A DNA stretch of 64,000 nucleotides from Actinomycetales bacterium (GTDB lineage: Bacteria > Actinomycetota > Actinomycetes > Actinomycetales > Dermatophilaceae), in the NCBI GenBank assembly GCA_038210185.1, contig JBBQWX010000002.1, forward strand, positions 10,705 to 74,704. Reading direction: 5' to 3'. Below the pieces are notes generated by a model, which did not search any database, had not been told where the DNA came from, and saw only the letters and a program-made list of their open reading frames with translations. Positions 24,422 through 34,743 of this stretch are shown piece after piece. Position 1 is the first letter of the stretch. Each line of letters opens with the position of its first letter. The position numbers and the translations under genes are program-made.

Positions 24422-25234
24422 TCAGTACCTGACGCTAGTCGGAGGGCCGGTGGCCCACAATAGCGGGGCCGAGGTGTGGCGAGGGGTCGTGGAGCACGTG
24501 GCCGCGACCACGTGTGCGGCCCCGACGTCGCGCAGCGCACGGGCCCCCTCGATGAGGGTGGCACCGGTCGTGACGACGTCGTCGACGAGCACGCACGTGG
24601 CGCCACGGACCACCCCGCGCCACGGGGCCCCCACCGCCATCGCCCCCCTCAGGTTGGCGGCACGGGCCGCCCGGTCGAGGTGGGCCTGGTCGGCCACGCG
24701 GCGAACGTGGACCAGGGCAGGGACCACGGCCAGGCCACCCGTGGCCGGGCGCCCCCCGCCGACGGCCGCGGCAGCCCAGACGGCGAGGCCGAGAACCGGG
24801 TCGTCGCCCCGGCGCCGCAGCGAGGCCCTCGAGGTCGGGACCGGCACGACGAGCACCTCCTCGCGCAGCCGGAGGCGGCGGCGGAGCACCGGGTCACCGG
24901 CCACCGCCGCAGCCAGTGCCGTCGCCAGCGCAGCAGCCAGCACCGGTCGGAGGTCGCGACGCCCCTCGTCCTTGTAGGCGGTGACAGCATGCCGCAGCGC
25001 ACCCTCGAAGCGGGCGCCGGCCCAGCAGCACGGCATCCCGGGCGGCGCGGGCCGCGGCCCCACGGCATCGGAGGCGACCCCGTACGAGGACCGGCGCACG
25101 GCGTCGGCGCAGGCGCGGCACAACGGCCCCCCGGCACCGTGGCACGCGGCGCACCGTGCCGGCAGCACGAGGTCACCCGCCGCAGCCACCCCGCGCCGGC
25201 TCCTCGCCCACACCGTGCCCAGGACGCCAGCCAT
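24422..25234 (-). CDS. comF: ComF-family phosphoribosyltransferase-like protein
   Basis: CAAC...LCRAC zinc motif, YKDEGRR, RRRG, DQAHL....R..NL, LVDDVVTTGATL. Confidence 0.92.
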   Translation of the reverse strand: MAGVLGTVWARSRRGVAAAGDLVLPARCAACHGAGGPLCRACADAVRRSSYGVASDAVGPRPAPPGMPCCWAGARFEGALRHAVTAYKDEGRRDLRPVLAAALATALAAAVAGDPVLRRRLRLREEVLVVPVPTSRASLRRRGDDPVLGLAVWAAAAVGGGRPATGGLAVVPALVHVRRVADQAHLDRAARAANLRGAMAVGAPWRGVVRGATCVLVDDVVTTGATLIEGARALRDVGAAHVVAATCSTTPRHTSAPLLWATGPPTSVRY

Positions 25235-25240
25235 GGACAC

Positions 25241-25321
25241 AGGATGACCCGCACCCACGCGTGGACGCCGTGCCCCCTGCCGCGCTGTGGACGAGCATCG
25301 GGCGCAGGCGGGTCTGTGGAC
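25241..25321 (-). promoter_or_regulatory. comF promoter with two CTGTGGAC boxes
   Basis: -10 CATCCT (25241-25246) six nt before ATG; boxes at 25285-25292 and 25314-25321. Confidence 0.6.
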
Positions 25322-25324
25322 GGC

Positions 25325-27097
25325 TCAGCCGGCGGCGACGGCGAGGTCGGTGGCCTGACCGCTGTCGACCCACTGCGAGCCGGCGCGACTGTGCAGCCGG
25401 CCCGAGGAGGTGACGACCCGCAGGTCGCGCTCCCCGCCGGTGGACGCGATGCCCACGGCTCCGGGGACCGGGGTCAGCCCGCGCACGTTGCCGCCGACCG
25501 AGACGATGGCCGGCTGCACGGTCTTGCCGTCGATCACCCCGAGAACCGCCAGCGAGCGCTCGTCGAGCCACGCGATGCTGCTCGCCCTGGTCAGGGAGGC
25601 GCCGAGCCGCAACGGGTCGGCCAGCTGCTGCGGCAGGCCGTCACCGGCGCGCACGACGCCGGCGAGGTCCAGCCGCGTGCCCGAGCCGTCGAGCGCGGTC
25701 GAGAGCACCGCGACGCGGTCTCCGTCCGGGGCCACCCGGGCCTCGAGCACCCGCCGGCCGTCGAGCCACTGCGCCTGAACCGCGGTCGCCCTGGCACGCG
25801 GGTCGGCCGGGCTGGCCGTCAGGTCGACGACCCACAGCCGCGGCGAGGTCGCGCCCTTGCGGCCCACGCCGCCCATCCAGAGGAACCCGCGCCGGTCGTA
25901 CGAGGGGTTGCCGACGTCGGTGGCGTCGAGAGGCACCTCGTAGCGGTTGGTGCCGCGCCAGCGCGAGATGCCGTCCCCGTCCGGGTCGACACCGGCGAGC
26001 TCGACCCCGTCGGCCGACAGCGCGAGGCGCGCGAAGGTGCCCAGCACCGGCGGGTAGGTGCTGGAGGTGGCGGGCGGCTGGCGCGGCTCGGCGTCGCCGA
26101 GGGTGCTCGGGTCGAACACCATGACCTCGTCCCCGCGGCGGACCACGGGCCGGGCGAGGGCTGGGGCCGCCGGCGTGGTGAACCCGACCTCGGCGAGCGT
26201 GCCGGCCGAACCGTCGAGACCGGCGAGGTTGACGGGCACGCCACCGACCGACAGCTCGACCCTGCTGACGGCGGGGTCCTGTGTGAGGGTGCTGACGAAC
26301 TGGGCCCACAGGTTCTGCCGGGTGGTCTCCCCCGGGTCGAGCTTGCCCGAGATGAGGTTGACGGTCGCGACACCGGACTCGATCGACACGGCATCCCCGA
26401 GCAGCCTGGCGCCGACCGGCACGGCCGAGGCCGCAGCGCCCTCGAGGTGCGCGGGGAGCTGGACCAGCTGGGCCCGCGCAAGCCGGGTGGCGAGCCGGTC
26501 GACCGGGAACCACCGGGTGTCCGACACCAGGGCGCGTCGGCTGGTGGAGACGTAGTGCACGTCGTAGGGCTGCACCAGGCGGGACACGTCGACGCTGGGA
26601 ACCCACCGGCCGAACCACTGGGGGAGCTCGCTGATGCGCCACTGCCCACCGACGGAGGTCAGGCTGAAGTCGGCTGTGACGGTGCTGCCCGGGCGGGCCG
26701 CCGTGTAGCGGCCGTCGGCGTCGATCGTGCCAGCGGCCCGGGCGGCGAGCCGCACGGTCGCCGGGTCGAGCAGCGTCGCCGCCGGAGCGGTGTCGGCGGA
26801 CAGCAGGACCAGGCTGCGGTCGGGGTCCCACAGCTCGCTCGTCCTCGTCGTGAGGAAGGCCCGGGCGTTGTCGTACGCGGCGTCGCTGGCCGACCCCGCC
26901 TTCACGAAGCCCCGCACGATGCTCTCCTGCCCGGAGCCCGGGACCGGCCCCGGGGGGACGACCCCCAGGTTCGGCGGGTTGCCGCTGCCGAGGTCGAGGC
27001 CGGGCTCGACCGGCCCCCCGCTGGACAGGCCACCACAGCCGGTGAGCACGAGCGCCAGGAGGACCGCCAGGACTGCCCTGCCCCGGCGGCCGGTCAC
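25325..27097 (-). CDS. lpqB: Lipoprotein LpqB (GerMN + beta-propeller)
   Basis: Lipobox LTGC after a signal peptide; follows mtrB with GTGA overlap. Confidence 0.92.
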   Translation of the reverse strand: MTGRRGRAVLAVLLALVLTGCGGLSSGGPVEPGLDLGSGNPPNLGVVPPGPVPGSGQESIVRGFVKAGSASDAAYDNARAFLTTRTSELWDPDRSLVLLSADTAPAATLLDPATVRLAARAAGTIDADGRYTAARPGSTVTADFSLTSVGGQWRISELPQWFGRWVPSVDVSRLVQPYDVHYVSTSRRALVSDTRWFPVDRLATRLARAQLVQLPAHLEGAAASAVPVGARLLGDAVSIESGVATVNLISGKLDPGETTRQNLWAQFVSTLTQDPAVSRVELSVGGVPVNLAGLDGSAGTLAEVGFTTPAAPALARPVVRRGDEVMVFDPSTLGDAEPRQPPATSSTYPPVLGTFARLALSADGVELAGVDPDGDGISRWRGTNRYEVPLDATDVGNPSYDRRGFLWMGGVGRKGATSPRLWVVDLTASPADPRARATAVQAQWLDGRRVLEARVAPDGDRVAVLSTALDGSGTRLDLAGVVRAGDGLPQQLADPLRLGASLTRASSIAWLDERSLAVLGVIDGKTVQPAIVSVGGNVRGLTPVPGAVGIASTGGERDLRVVTSSGRLHSRAGSQWVDSGQATDLAVAAG

Positions 27098-28746
27098 GAC
27101 TCCTCCGTGGGGCTGAGCGGAAGCGGAGACCCGTGCAGGGTCTCCCCGGCGCGCTGGGGCAGGGTCAGGCGGAAGCGCGACCCGACACCGCGCTCGCCCC
27201 AAGCCTGGAGCCAGCCGCTGTGCAGGCGCGCGTCCTCGAGCGAGATCGACAGGCCGAGACCGGTACCGCCGGTCGTGCGGGCCCGGGCCGGGTCGGCCCG
27301 CCAGAACCGGGTGAAGACGTTGGCCGCCTCGCCGGGGCGCAGGCCCACGCCGTGGTCCTCGATGACGACCGCCACCGCGTCGTCGCCGACCGCGACGAAG
27401 ACGTCGACCGGGCGGCCGTCGCCGTGCTCGATGGCGTTGACGAGCAGGTTGCGCAGGATGCGCTCGACGCGGCGCTCGTCGACCTCCGCCTCGGCGGTGA
27501 CGTCGGGGTCGTACACGGTGACGACGCTGCCGCGGCGCTCGGCGAGCGGGCGGGCGGCCTCGACGACCTTGGCGATGGTGCCGCGCAGGTCGACCGGCTC
27601 CACGTCGAGCGCGGCGGCGCCGGCGTCGAAGCGACTGATCTCGAGCAGGTCGGACAGGAGGGCCTCGAAGCGGTCGAGCTCGCCGGCGAGCAGCTCGGCC
27701 GAGCGGGCGACCGAGGGGTCGAAGTCGACCCTGGACTCGTGGATGAGGTCGACCGCCATCCGGATCGTGGTGAGGGGGGTGCGCAGCTCGTGTGAGACGT
27801 CGGAGACGAACCGCTGCTGCACGGCGCTGAGTCCCTCGAGCTGCCGGATCTGCCGCTGCAGGCTGTCGGCCATGCCGTTGAACGACGTCGCGAGGAGGGC
27901 GAGGTCGTCCTCGCCGCGCGTCGGCATCCGCTCGTTGAGCTGGCCCGCCGACAACCGCTGGGCGACCTCACCCGCACGGCGCACGGGTGCGACGACCTGG
28001 CGCGTGACGACCCACGCCACCGCACCGACCAGGAGCGTCAGGATGACGCCCGCGATGACGAAGGAGTTGCCGATCAGGCCCATCGTCGCCACCTCCTGCG
28101 CCATCGGGTAGATGAAGTAGAGGTCGTACGCGCCGGCGTTGGGCACCTCGACGACGCTGCCGACGATGACCGCCGGCAGCTCGTCACGCTCGATGGTCAC
28201 CTCGCTCATCTGGGTCCGCTGGCGGTCCGGCGAGGCGGCGACGGCCGCCTGGAGCTCGCTGCTCACTGCCGTGAGGTCGAGGGCGCCGCTCGTGAGGCTG
28301 GTCAGCACGATGTCGCTCTCGTTGCCGGCGGAGCGGTTCATCACGACGTACCGGCTGGGCTGCGGGCCCGGCTCGGACAGGATGCCCGACATGATGTCGC
28401 GGGCGGCCTGGTCGAGCTCGTCGACGGAGGTGGACGTCGAGTTGTCCCACCGGTTCTGCGCCTGGCTGGTGAGGTCGAGCGACTCGTACTTCGCGGTGTC
28501 GACGCGGTCGCTCTCGAGGCCGTTCGCGATCTGCTCGTGCAGCACCCCGCCGAGGACGGAGATGACGAACAGGCCGAGCAGCATCGTGGTGGTGACCACC
28601 CGCAGCTGCAGGGACTGCCGCCAGCGGCGGCCGACGTACGCGACGGAGTGACGCACGGAGTGCGACACCTCGGCGAGGGTGCGGCGACCGTGGGCCCGCC
28701 CGGATGCCAACGCCGTGCGCACTCCGAGCTCGGCGGAACCGGACAC
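27094..28746 (-). CDS. mtrB: Sensor kinase MtrB
   Basis: HAMP, DVSHELRTPLTT, NAIEHG, DHGVG, RFWRADPARARTTGGTGLGL. Confidence 0.96.
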   Translation of the reverse strand: MSGSAELGVRTALASGRAHGRRTLAEVSHSVRHSVAYVGRRWRQSLQLRVVTTTMLLGLFVISVLGGVLHEQIANGLESDRVDTAKYESLDLTSQAQNRWDNSTSTSVDELDQAARDIMSGILSEPGPQPSRYVVMNRSAGNESDIVLTSLTSGALDLTAVSSELQAAVAASPDRQRTQMSEVTIERDELPAVIVGSVVEVPNAGAYDLYFIYPMAQEVATMGLIGNSFVIAGVILTLLVGAVAWVVTRQVVAPVRRAGEVAQRLSAGQLNERMPTRGEDDLALLATSFNGMADSLQRQIRQLEGLSAVQQRFVSDVSHELRTPLTTIRMAVDLIHESRVDFDPSVARSAELLAGELDRFEALLSDLLEISRFDAGAAALDVEPVDLRGTIAKVVEAARPLAERRGSVVTVYDPDVTAEAEVDERRVERILRNLLVNAIEHGDGRPVDVFVAVGDDAVAVVIEDHGVGLRPGEAANVFTRFWRADPARARTTGGTGLGLSISLEDARLHSGWLQAWGERGVGSRFRLTLPQRAGETLHGSPLPLSPTEES

Positions 28747-28748
28747 GG

Positions 28749-29426
28749 TCAGGCCCGACCTGCCTTGTACCCGACGCCCCGCACGGTGACCACGATCTCG
28801 GGGTGCTCCGGGTCGTGCTCGATCTTGGAGCGCAGCCGCTGTATGTGCACGTTGACCAGCCGGGTGTCACCCGCGTGGCGGTAACCCCACACCTGCTCCA
28901 GGAGCACCTCGCGGGTGAAGACCTGCCACGGCTTGCGGGCGAGAGCGACGAGGAGGTCGAACTCCAGCGGGGTGAGGCTCAGCGGGGCGTCGTCGCGGGT
29001 CACCGAGTGGCCGGCGACGTCGATGACCAGGTCGCCGATGGTGAGGCGCTCGGGTTCCGGCTCGTCACCCCGCCGCAACCGGGCGCGGACCCGGGCGATG
29101 AGCTCCTGCGGCTTGAACGGCTTCACGACGTAGTCGTCGGCGCCGGACTCGAGGCCGACGACGACGTCGACGGTGTCGGTCTTGGCCGTGAGCATGACGA
29201 TCGGCACCCCGGACTCCGCGCGGATCTGCCGGCAGACCTCCAGCCCGTCGATGCCGGGGAGCATGACGTCGAGGAGCACGACGTCGGGGCGATAGTCACG
29301 GAACGCACCGATGGCCGACGGGCCGTCGGCGACGTGGTCGACCTCGAGCCCCTCGTTGCGCAGCACGATGCCGAGCATCTCCGCCAGCGCAAGGTCGTCG
29401 TCGACGACCAGCACGCGACCCTTCAC
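28749..29426 (-). CDS. mtrA: Response regulator MtrA
   Basis: RVLVVDDDLALAEMLGIVL...DTRLVNVHIQRLRSKIEHDPEHPE.VVTVRGVGYKAG. Confidence 0.97.
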   Translation of the reverse strand: MKGRVLVVDDDLALAEMLGIVLRNEGLEVDHVADGPSAIGAFRDYRPDVVLLDVMLPGIDGLEVCRQIRAESGVPIVMLTAKTDTVDVVVGLESGADDYVVKPFKPQELIARVRARLRRGDEPEPERLTIGDLVIDVAGHSVTRDDAPLSLTPLEFDLLVALARKPWQVFTREVLLEQVWGYRHAGDTRLVNVHIQRLRSKIEHDPEHPEIVVTVRGVGYKAGRA

Positions 29427-29540
29427 GTCGGCCCCGTTCCCTTTCCCGGCAGTGCCACAAGTGGGCGTCATCCTCGCACAGCACTCTGGGAGAACCCTGC
29501 AAACACCGGAGACCGGGCACCCGGCAACTACGCTGTTCGG

Positions 29541-31139
29541 GTGACCTCCACCCGCCGCATCCCCGGGCTCGACGCCTCGGCCAAGATCCGGCTGGCCTTC
29601 GTGGTGCTGAGCGGGCTGCTGGCGTTCGACCAGGACTCCGTGCCGAGGGTGCTGCCGTGGATGCTGCTCGTCCTGGTGCTCGACCTGGTCATCGTCGGGC
29701 TCGACGGCCTGCCGGTCTCCCGACGCGGCGTCATGAACACGATGGTCCTCTCCCTGCTGTGCGTCGAAGCCGGCGCGGCCGGTGCCGGCTACGCGATCGC
29801 CGGGCCGGGCGCGGTCCTGCTCATCCTCGTCCCGACGTACCACGCAGGAACCAAGTACGGACGGTTCGGCTTCCTGCTCACGTGCGTCATCGCCGGCTTC
29901 GCCTTCTTCGTCTCGGTCTGGCTCTACCCCGTCCCCGACCAGAGCTGGCTCGGGATGCTCGCGTGGCTCGGGGCCGCCCTCACCCTGGGCATCCTCGGGG
30001 CCTGGAACCAACGGCTCACGGCAGAGCAGGAGGCCGACGCCGCCGACCCCGCCGCCCGTGAGGCGATCGAGCTGATCCAGCGCCTGCAGGACCTGGCCGG
30101 GCAGATGTCGACCGGCCTGGACGCCCCGGCGAGCGCGACCCTGGCCCTGGACCTGCTCTCCGCCGAGGTGCCCTCGACCCGCAGCGCCGTCCTCGTGACC
30201 CACGACGCCGAGCACCTGGTGCCCGTCGCCCTGCGCGGTTCGACGCGGGCGCCGTGGCACGTCGCCGAGCACGTCACCGAGCTGCTGCGCACCAACCCCG
30301 CCAGCTGGGTGCCCACCGAGGTCTCCTTCGTCGACGAGCTCGGCCACCGCTGCGCCCTCGTCGTGCCCTTCGCCCTGGGCAACGGGTCGACGACGGTCGT
30401 GGTCGCCGAGCGCCCCGAAGGACGCCCGTTCACCGACACCGAGCGGCGGATCGCCCGCGACGTGACGCGCCGCATCGCCCCCACGCTCCAGGCCGGCCTG
30501 CTGTTCGGCACGCTGCGCCAGTTCGCCAGCCTCGAGGAGCGCAACCGCATCGCCCGCGACATCCACGACGGCATCGCCCAGGAGCTGGCGGCGCTCGGCT
30601 ACCAGGTCGACGCGCTGCGCGCCCAGGCCGGCCCCCCCGGCATCCCGATGCGTGACGGGCTGGACGGGCTGCGCGAGCAGCTCAGCGAGGCGATGGCCGA
30701 CCTGCGCCTGCACATCACCGACCTGCGGGTGGCCGAACGCCCGGGCACCGGGCTGGGAGCGGTGCTCGGCGCCGCGGTCCAGAGCTTCGGCAGCGTGACC
30801 GGCGTGCGCACGACCGTGACGGTGAGCGAGGGCCAGCGACGCATGGACCCCCGGGTCGAGATCCTCATCCACCGCCTCGTCATGGACATCCTCGCCGACG
30901 CCCAGGCCTCCGGGGCCCGCAACGCCTGGGTCACCCTCACGACCTCCGTCGCCGGACCCGCGTGCGTCGACGTGTCGCACGACGGCGACCCGCGCACCGC
31001 TCGGCAGGTCTTCCAGGACCCGGCACTTCACGGGTTGGACGCGACACTCTTCGTACGCTCCGAGCCCAACGGCAGGACCACCGTTAACCTGACGGTGCAG
31101 GAACCCGCGGCGGTCGGGGCCTTCCGCTCGAAGACCTGA
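29541..31139 (+). CDS. Membrane HisKA_3 sensor kinase with GAF-like domain and degenerate HATPase
   Basis: ~5 TM segments; ERNRIARDIHDGIAQEL H-box; N/G boxes not canonical; TACGCT -10 six nt before GTG. Confidence 0.85.
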   Translation: MTSTRRIPGLDASAKIRLAFVVLSGLLAFDQDSVPRVLPWMLLVLVLDLVIVGLDGLPVSRRGVMNTMVLSLLCVEAGAAGAGYAIAGPGAVLLILVPTYHAGTKYGRFGFLLTCVIAGFAFFVSVWLYPVPDQSWLGMLAWLGAALTLGILGAWNQRLTAEQEADAADPAAREAIELIQRLQDLAGQMSTGLDAPASATLALDLLSAEVPSTRSAVLVTHDAEHLVPVALRGSTRAPWHVAEHVTELLRTNPASWVPTEVSFVDELGHRCALVVPFALGNGSTTVVVAERPEGRPFTDTERRIARDVTRRIAPTLQAGLLFGTLRQFASLEERNRIARDIHDGIAQELAALGYQVDALRAQAGPPGIPMRDGLDGLREQLSEAMADLRLHITDLRVAERPGTGLGAVLGAAVQSFGSVTGVRTTVTVSEGQRRMDPRVEILIHRLVMDILADAQASGARNAWVTLTTSVAGPACVDVSHDGDPRTARQVFQDPALHGLDATLFVRSEPNGRTTVNLTVQEPAAVGAFRSKT

Positions 31140-31153
31140 AGGAAGGGGAGCTC

Positions 31154-31807
31154 GTGGCCATCAGTGTCGCCCTCGTGGACGATCATGCCGTCGTGCGGGA
31201 AGCCGTGGCCGGGATGCTCAACGCCCAGGACGGCATCTGGGTCGTCGGCCAGGCCGGCTCGCTCGCCGAGGGCCACTCCCTGGTCGACCGCCTGCTGACG
31301 GTTCCCCCCGAGGGGCGGCTCGTGGCGGTCATCGACGTGACGATGCCCGACGGCAGCGGCCTGTCCCTGGTGCGGTCGGCCCGCGAGCGCTCCAAGGACA
31401 TCGGGCTGGTCGTGCTGACGATGCTCAACGACGACTCAACCCTGCTCGAGGCCCTGGACGCCGGAGCCTCTGCCCTCGTGCGCAAGAGCTCCCCCTCGGA
31501 GCAGGTGATCTCGGCGGTGCGGCGCGCGGCCGAGATGCCGGGCGAGTTCTCCGCGAGCGGCCTCGCGGAGGCCATGCGTCGGCAGGCCGAGACCCCGCAG
31601 ACCAACCTGACCGTTCGCGAGGCCGAGGTGCTGCGGCTGCTCGTCGAGGGGTCGTCGGTGGCGCAGGTGGGCCGTCAGCTGTTCATGAGCCCGTCGACCG
31701 TCAAGACCCACATCGGCAAGATCTACGAGAAGCTCGGCGCGCACAACCGGGCCAGCGCGGTGATCGCGGCGGTCCGGCTCGGGCTGGTCAGCGACATCGA
31801 CCGCTGA
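31154..31807 (+). CDS. NarL/LuxR response regulator
   Basis: LVDDH, VIDVTMPDGSG, LTVREAEVL...TVKTHIGKIYEKLG. Confidence 0.92.
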   Translation: MAISVALVDDHAVVREAVAGMLNAQDGIWVVGQAGSLAEGHSLVDRLLTVPPEGRLVAVIDVTMPDGSGLSLVRSARERSKDIGLVVLTMLNDDSTLLEALDAGASALVRKSSPSEQVISAVRRAAEMPGEFSASGLAEAMRRQAETPQTNLTVREAEVLRLLVEGSSVAQVGRQLFMSPSTVKTHIGKIYEKLGAHNRASAVIAAVRLGLVSDIDR

Positions 31808-31862
31808 GGAGTCCCCTCGGCGAAGCCCTCGGGCCCGACCTACGGGCCCGACCCCGCGGGCC

Positions 31863-32771
31863 TCACAGGCCGCTGAAAGCCTCCATGATGCGGATGCCAC
31901 CGGGGCCGATGATGACGATGAACAGGGCCGGGAAGATGCACAGCAGCAGCGGGAACAGGATCTTGACGGTGACCTTCTGGGCCTTCTCCTCCGCCCGCTG
32001 ACGTCGCGCGATGCGCATCTCACTGGTCTGCTCGCGCAGCACCGCCGCGATCGGCAGACCCATCCGGTCCGCCTGCACGAGGGCGCTGACGAAGTTCTTG
32101 ACCTCCGGGGTCGAGACCCGCTCCCCCAGGGCGGCGAAGGCCTCGCCACGGGACTTGCCGATCTGCATCTCCGAGAGGACCCGCGCGAATTCGCCGCCGA
32201 TCGGACCGGTCACGGTCTTGGCGACCTGCATGATGGCCGCGTCGAACCCCTGGCCGGCCTGGACGCAGACGGTGAGCATGTCGAGCGCGTCGGCCAGGCC
32301 CTTGATCAGCTCCTGCTGACGCTTGGCGCCCAGGTTGTAGACCAACAGGTCCGGCAGGAAGAAGGCGGCGAGACCCGCACCGGCCGCCACCAGGAGCCCA
32401 CGCAACCCGAACCCGAGCAGCACGACGGCCACGAACGCCGCCAGCACCATCGCGATGGCCTTGGCCGCCATGATCCGTTCGAGGTTCCAGCCCGTGGGGT
32501 TGCCCGCCCGATCGAGCGAGCGGGCGATGCGGGCACCGGCTCCGCTCGGGGACAGCCGCACCCCCACCCGCCGCATGGCCTCGACGGCGGGTGCGAGCAG
32601 CCGGTCGCGGGCCGCGAGCTCGTTCTTCGCGACCGACCGCGACGTGGGCTGGTAGTTGAGCAGTTCGAGGGACCGGGCGACTCCGGAGGTCCCACTGGGC
32701 TTGCCGGTGCCCAGGAGCACCACGACGCCGGCCGCCAGCACGATGATCGTGAGTCCCAGGAAGAGCAGCAC
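31863..32771 (-). CDS. tadC: Tad pilus platform protein TadC
   Basis: LADALDMLTVCVQAG, EFARVL.E...G..R..A, QAD..G.PI...LR.Q, RAEEKAQK..VKILFP. Confidence 0.93.
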   Translation of the reverse strand: MLLFLGLTIIVLAAGVVVLLGTGKPSGTSGVARSLELLNYQPTSRSVAKNELAARDRLLAPAVEAMRRVGVRLSPSGAGARIARSLDRAGNPTGWNLERIMAAKAIAMVLAAFVAVVLLGFGLRGLLVAAGAGLAAFFLPDLLVYNLGAKRQQELIKGLADALDMLTVCVQAGQGFDAAIMQVAKTVTGPIGGEFARVLSEMQIGKSRGEAFAALGERVSTPEVKNFVSALVQADRMGLPIAAVLREQTSEMRIARRQRAEEKAQKVTVKILFPLLLCIFPALFIVIIGPGGIRIMEAFSGL

Positions 32772-32772
32772 C

Positions 32773-34743
32773 TCACACCTCGATCGTGACGGTCTTGCGC
32801 ATCCACCAGATGCCGAACAGCATGGCGAGCAGGCCCATGACGGACATGACGAGCCCCGGCAGCGTGGTCCACAGGAGGCTGACGTAGTCGTAGTTGCTGT
32901 ACATCGAGAAGAGCAGGATGCCGACCGGCAGCGCGACGAGGATGTAGGCCGAGAGTCGACCCTCGGCCGACAAGGCCCGCACGTGCCGCTTGAGCATCTC
33001 GCGCTCGCGCAGCGTGGCCGCCGTCGTGCGCAGGGTGTCGGCGAGGTTGCCGCCCACCTCGCGCTGGATGCGGATGGCCATCACGGCCCAGCGCATGTTG
33101 TCGCTCTCCATCCGGACGGCGACGTGCTCCAGGGCGTCGGAGATGTCGGCGCCGATCCGGGCCTCGGCGAGGGCTCGGGAGAACTCCTTGGCGGCCGGCT
33201 CCGCAGCATCGCGAGCGACCGAGTCCAGGGCCTGGAGCAGCGAGAACCCGCTGGACAGGCTGGTGGCGACGAGCATCATGACGTCGGGGAGCACGGCCTC
33301 GAAGCGCTTGGCCCTGCGGTTCGCCAGGTGGCGCAGTGCGAGCACCGGGAACAGCAGGCCCAAGGCCACCCCGACCGGGATGGCCAGGAGAAGGGACTTG
33401 CCGCCGAGCAGAAGGGCCGACAGGGCGATGCCCACGACGAGACAGACGAAGCGGATGAGGAACCACTCACCGGCCCGCCACGGGAGGTCGGCACGCTCGA
33501 TGCGCTGCATGGTCTTGGTCGTGGACTCGCGACCGGACATCACCCGGTCGCCCATCTGGATCAGCTGCTCGCTGAGCTGGCTCGAGTTGGAGCCCTGGCC
33601 CTTGGCGGCCCCGCCGGCCCCCATCCCGTACTCGTCGATCTCGGCCAGGCGGGCGCGACGCCGCGAGCGGAAGGCCGGCGCGAAGAGGATGACGACCAGG
33701 ATGAAGATGCCCAGGAGCACCGTACCGACGGCGACCGGCAGGAAGGTGCCGGACACGGTGGCGAGCTGCGCCGCTCCGGCCTCACCGTCGAGCACCCCGC
33801 TCGTCAGCGGCCCGAGGGCCGATGTGTCGACGACCGGCTGGCTGGCGGTGACGTCGACCCTCTGCACGGTCTTGAAGCTCTGCCCGCCGGCCGTTCCCTC
33901 GAGCGAGATTTCATAGACCCCCGTCACCCCGGGGGGGACGACGAGGTCGAACCGCACCTGTGAGATCAGGGTCTCGGCGGCCGAGTCGAAGGCGGCCTTG
34001 ACGGCGCCACGGTCGGCGGCGCTGACCACGGTGCCACCGCCGGCCTTCGCGAAGGCGTTCAGCGCAGCCCGGCCGTTCTCGTTCTTGAACGCGATGACCT
34101 CGGCCCGCACCTTCGCGTCGGCCAGGGCTCGGGTGGTGGCGGTGCGGGCCGACTGCTCGTCGCCCGCCACGGTGTCCTCACCGTCGCTGAGCAGGACGAT
34201 GCTGCGCTCGCCGGTGGTGCCGAGCGCGGCGACCGACGTGCGGACGGCCTCGTAGAGCGAGGTCTCGCCGCGGGCCTTCAGCCCGTTGACCGCACGCTGG
34301 ACCTTGCGCCGGTCCGCAGTGGGCTTGACGTCGACGCCGGCGGTGTCGGCGAAGCTCACCACCCCGACCTTGACGTCCTTCGGGATGCCGGCGAGGAAGT
34401 CCTCGACCGCGGCCCGGGTGGTCGCCATCCCCGCCGGGCCCATGGAGCCGCTGGTGTCGATGACGAGCATCGTGGTGCGGGGCGCACTCGTCGCGGGCGA
34501 GATGTTGAACACCGCGGACTTGCTGTCGACCCGGGCGATGACCTGCGTCGTGTCGATCTTCGCGGGGTCGACCCCACGGATGACGAGGGAACCGGTCACG
34601 TGCCCGTCGCCGCTGCGCAGGTCGCTCATGGTCGCCGTCGCGTCGGCCGACGCCGAGGGGGCGGTCAGGGCGAGCGCCGTCAGGGCGAGGGCGGCCAGGC
34701 CCGCGACCCTGGCGAGCACTGGATGACCGGCGCGGAAGCTCAC
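32773..34743 (-). CDS. tadB: vWA domain-TadB fusion
   Basis: Signal peptide, vWA MIDAS DTSGS, TM segment, then the TadB domain (FE..LPD, SG.SL.QAL, IQREVGGNLA, LSAEGRLSA). Confidence 0.92.
   Translation of the reverse strand: MSFRAGHPVLARVAGLAALALTALALTAPSASADATATMSDLRSGDGHVTGSLVIRGVDPAKIDTTQVIARVDSKSAVFNISPATSAPRTTMLVIDTSGSMGPAGMATTRAAVEDFLAGIPKDVKVGVVSFADTAGVDVKPTADRRKVQRAVNGLKARGETSLYEAVRTSVAALGTTGERSIVLLSDGEDTVAGDEQSARTATTRALADAKVRAEVIAFKNENGRAALNAFAKAGGGTVVSAADRGAVKAAFDSAAETLISQVRFDLVVPPGVTGVYEISLEGTAGGQSFKTVQRVDVTASQPVVDTSALGPLTSGVLDGEAGAAQLATVSGTFLPVAVGTVLLGIFILVVILFAPAFRSRRRARLAEIDEYGMGAGGAAKGQGSNSSQLSEQLIQMGDRVMSGRESTTKTMQRIERADLPWRAGEWFLIRFVCLVVGIALSALLLGGKSLLLAIPVGVALGLLFPVLALRHLANRRAKRFEAVLPDVMMLVATSLSSGFSLLQALDSVARDAAEPAAKEFSRALAEARIGADISDALEHVAVRMESDNMRWAVMAIRIQREVGGNLADTLRTTAATLREREMLKRHVRALSAEGRLSAYILVALPVGILLFSMYSNYDYVSLLWTTLPGLVMSVMGLLAMLFGIWWMRKTVTIEV

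Noticed and set aside
31811-31862. CGGGCCCGACC short tandem between convergent genes
   Set aside because: Only two short copies; a weak terminator-like sequence without further support.
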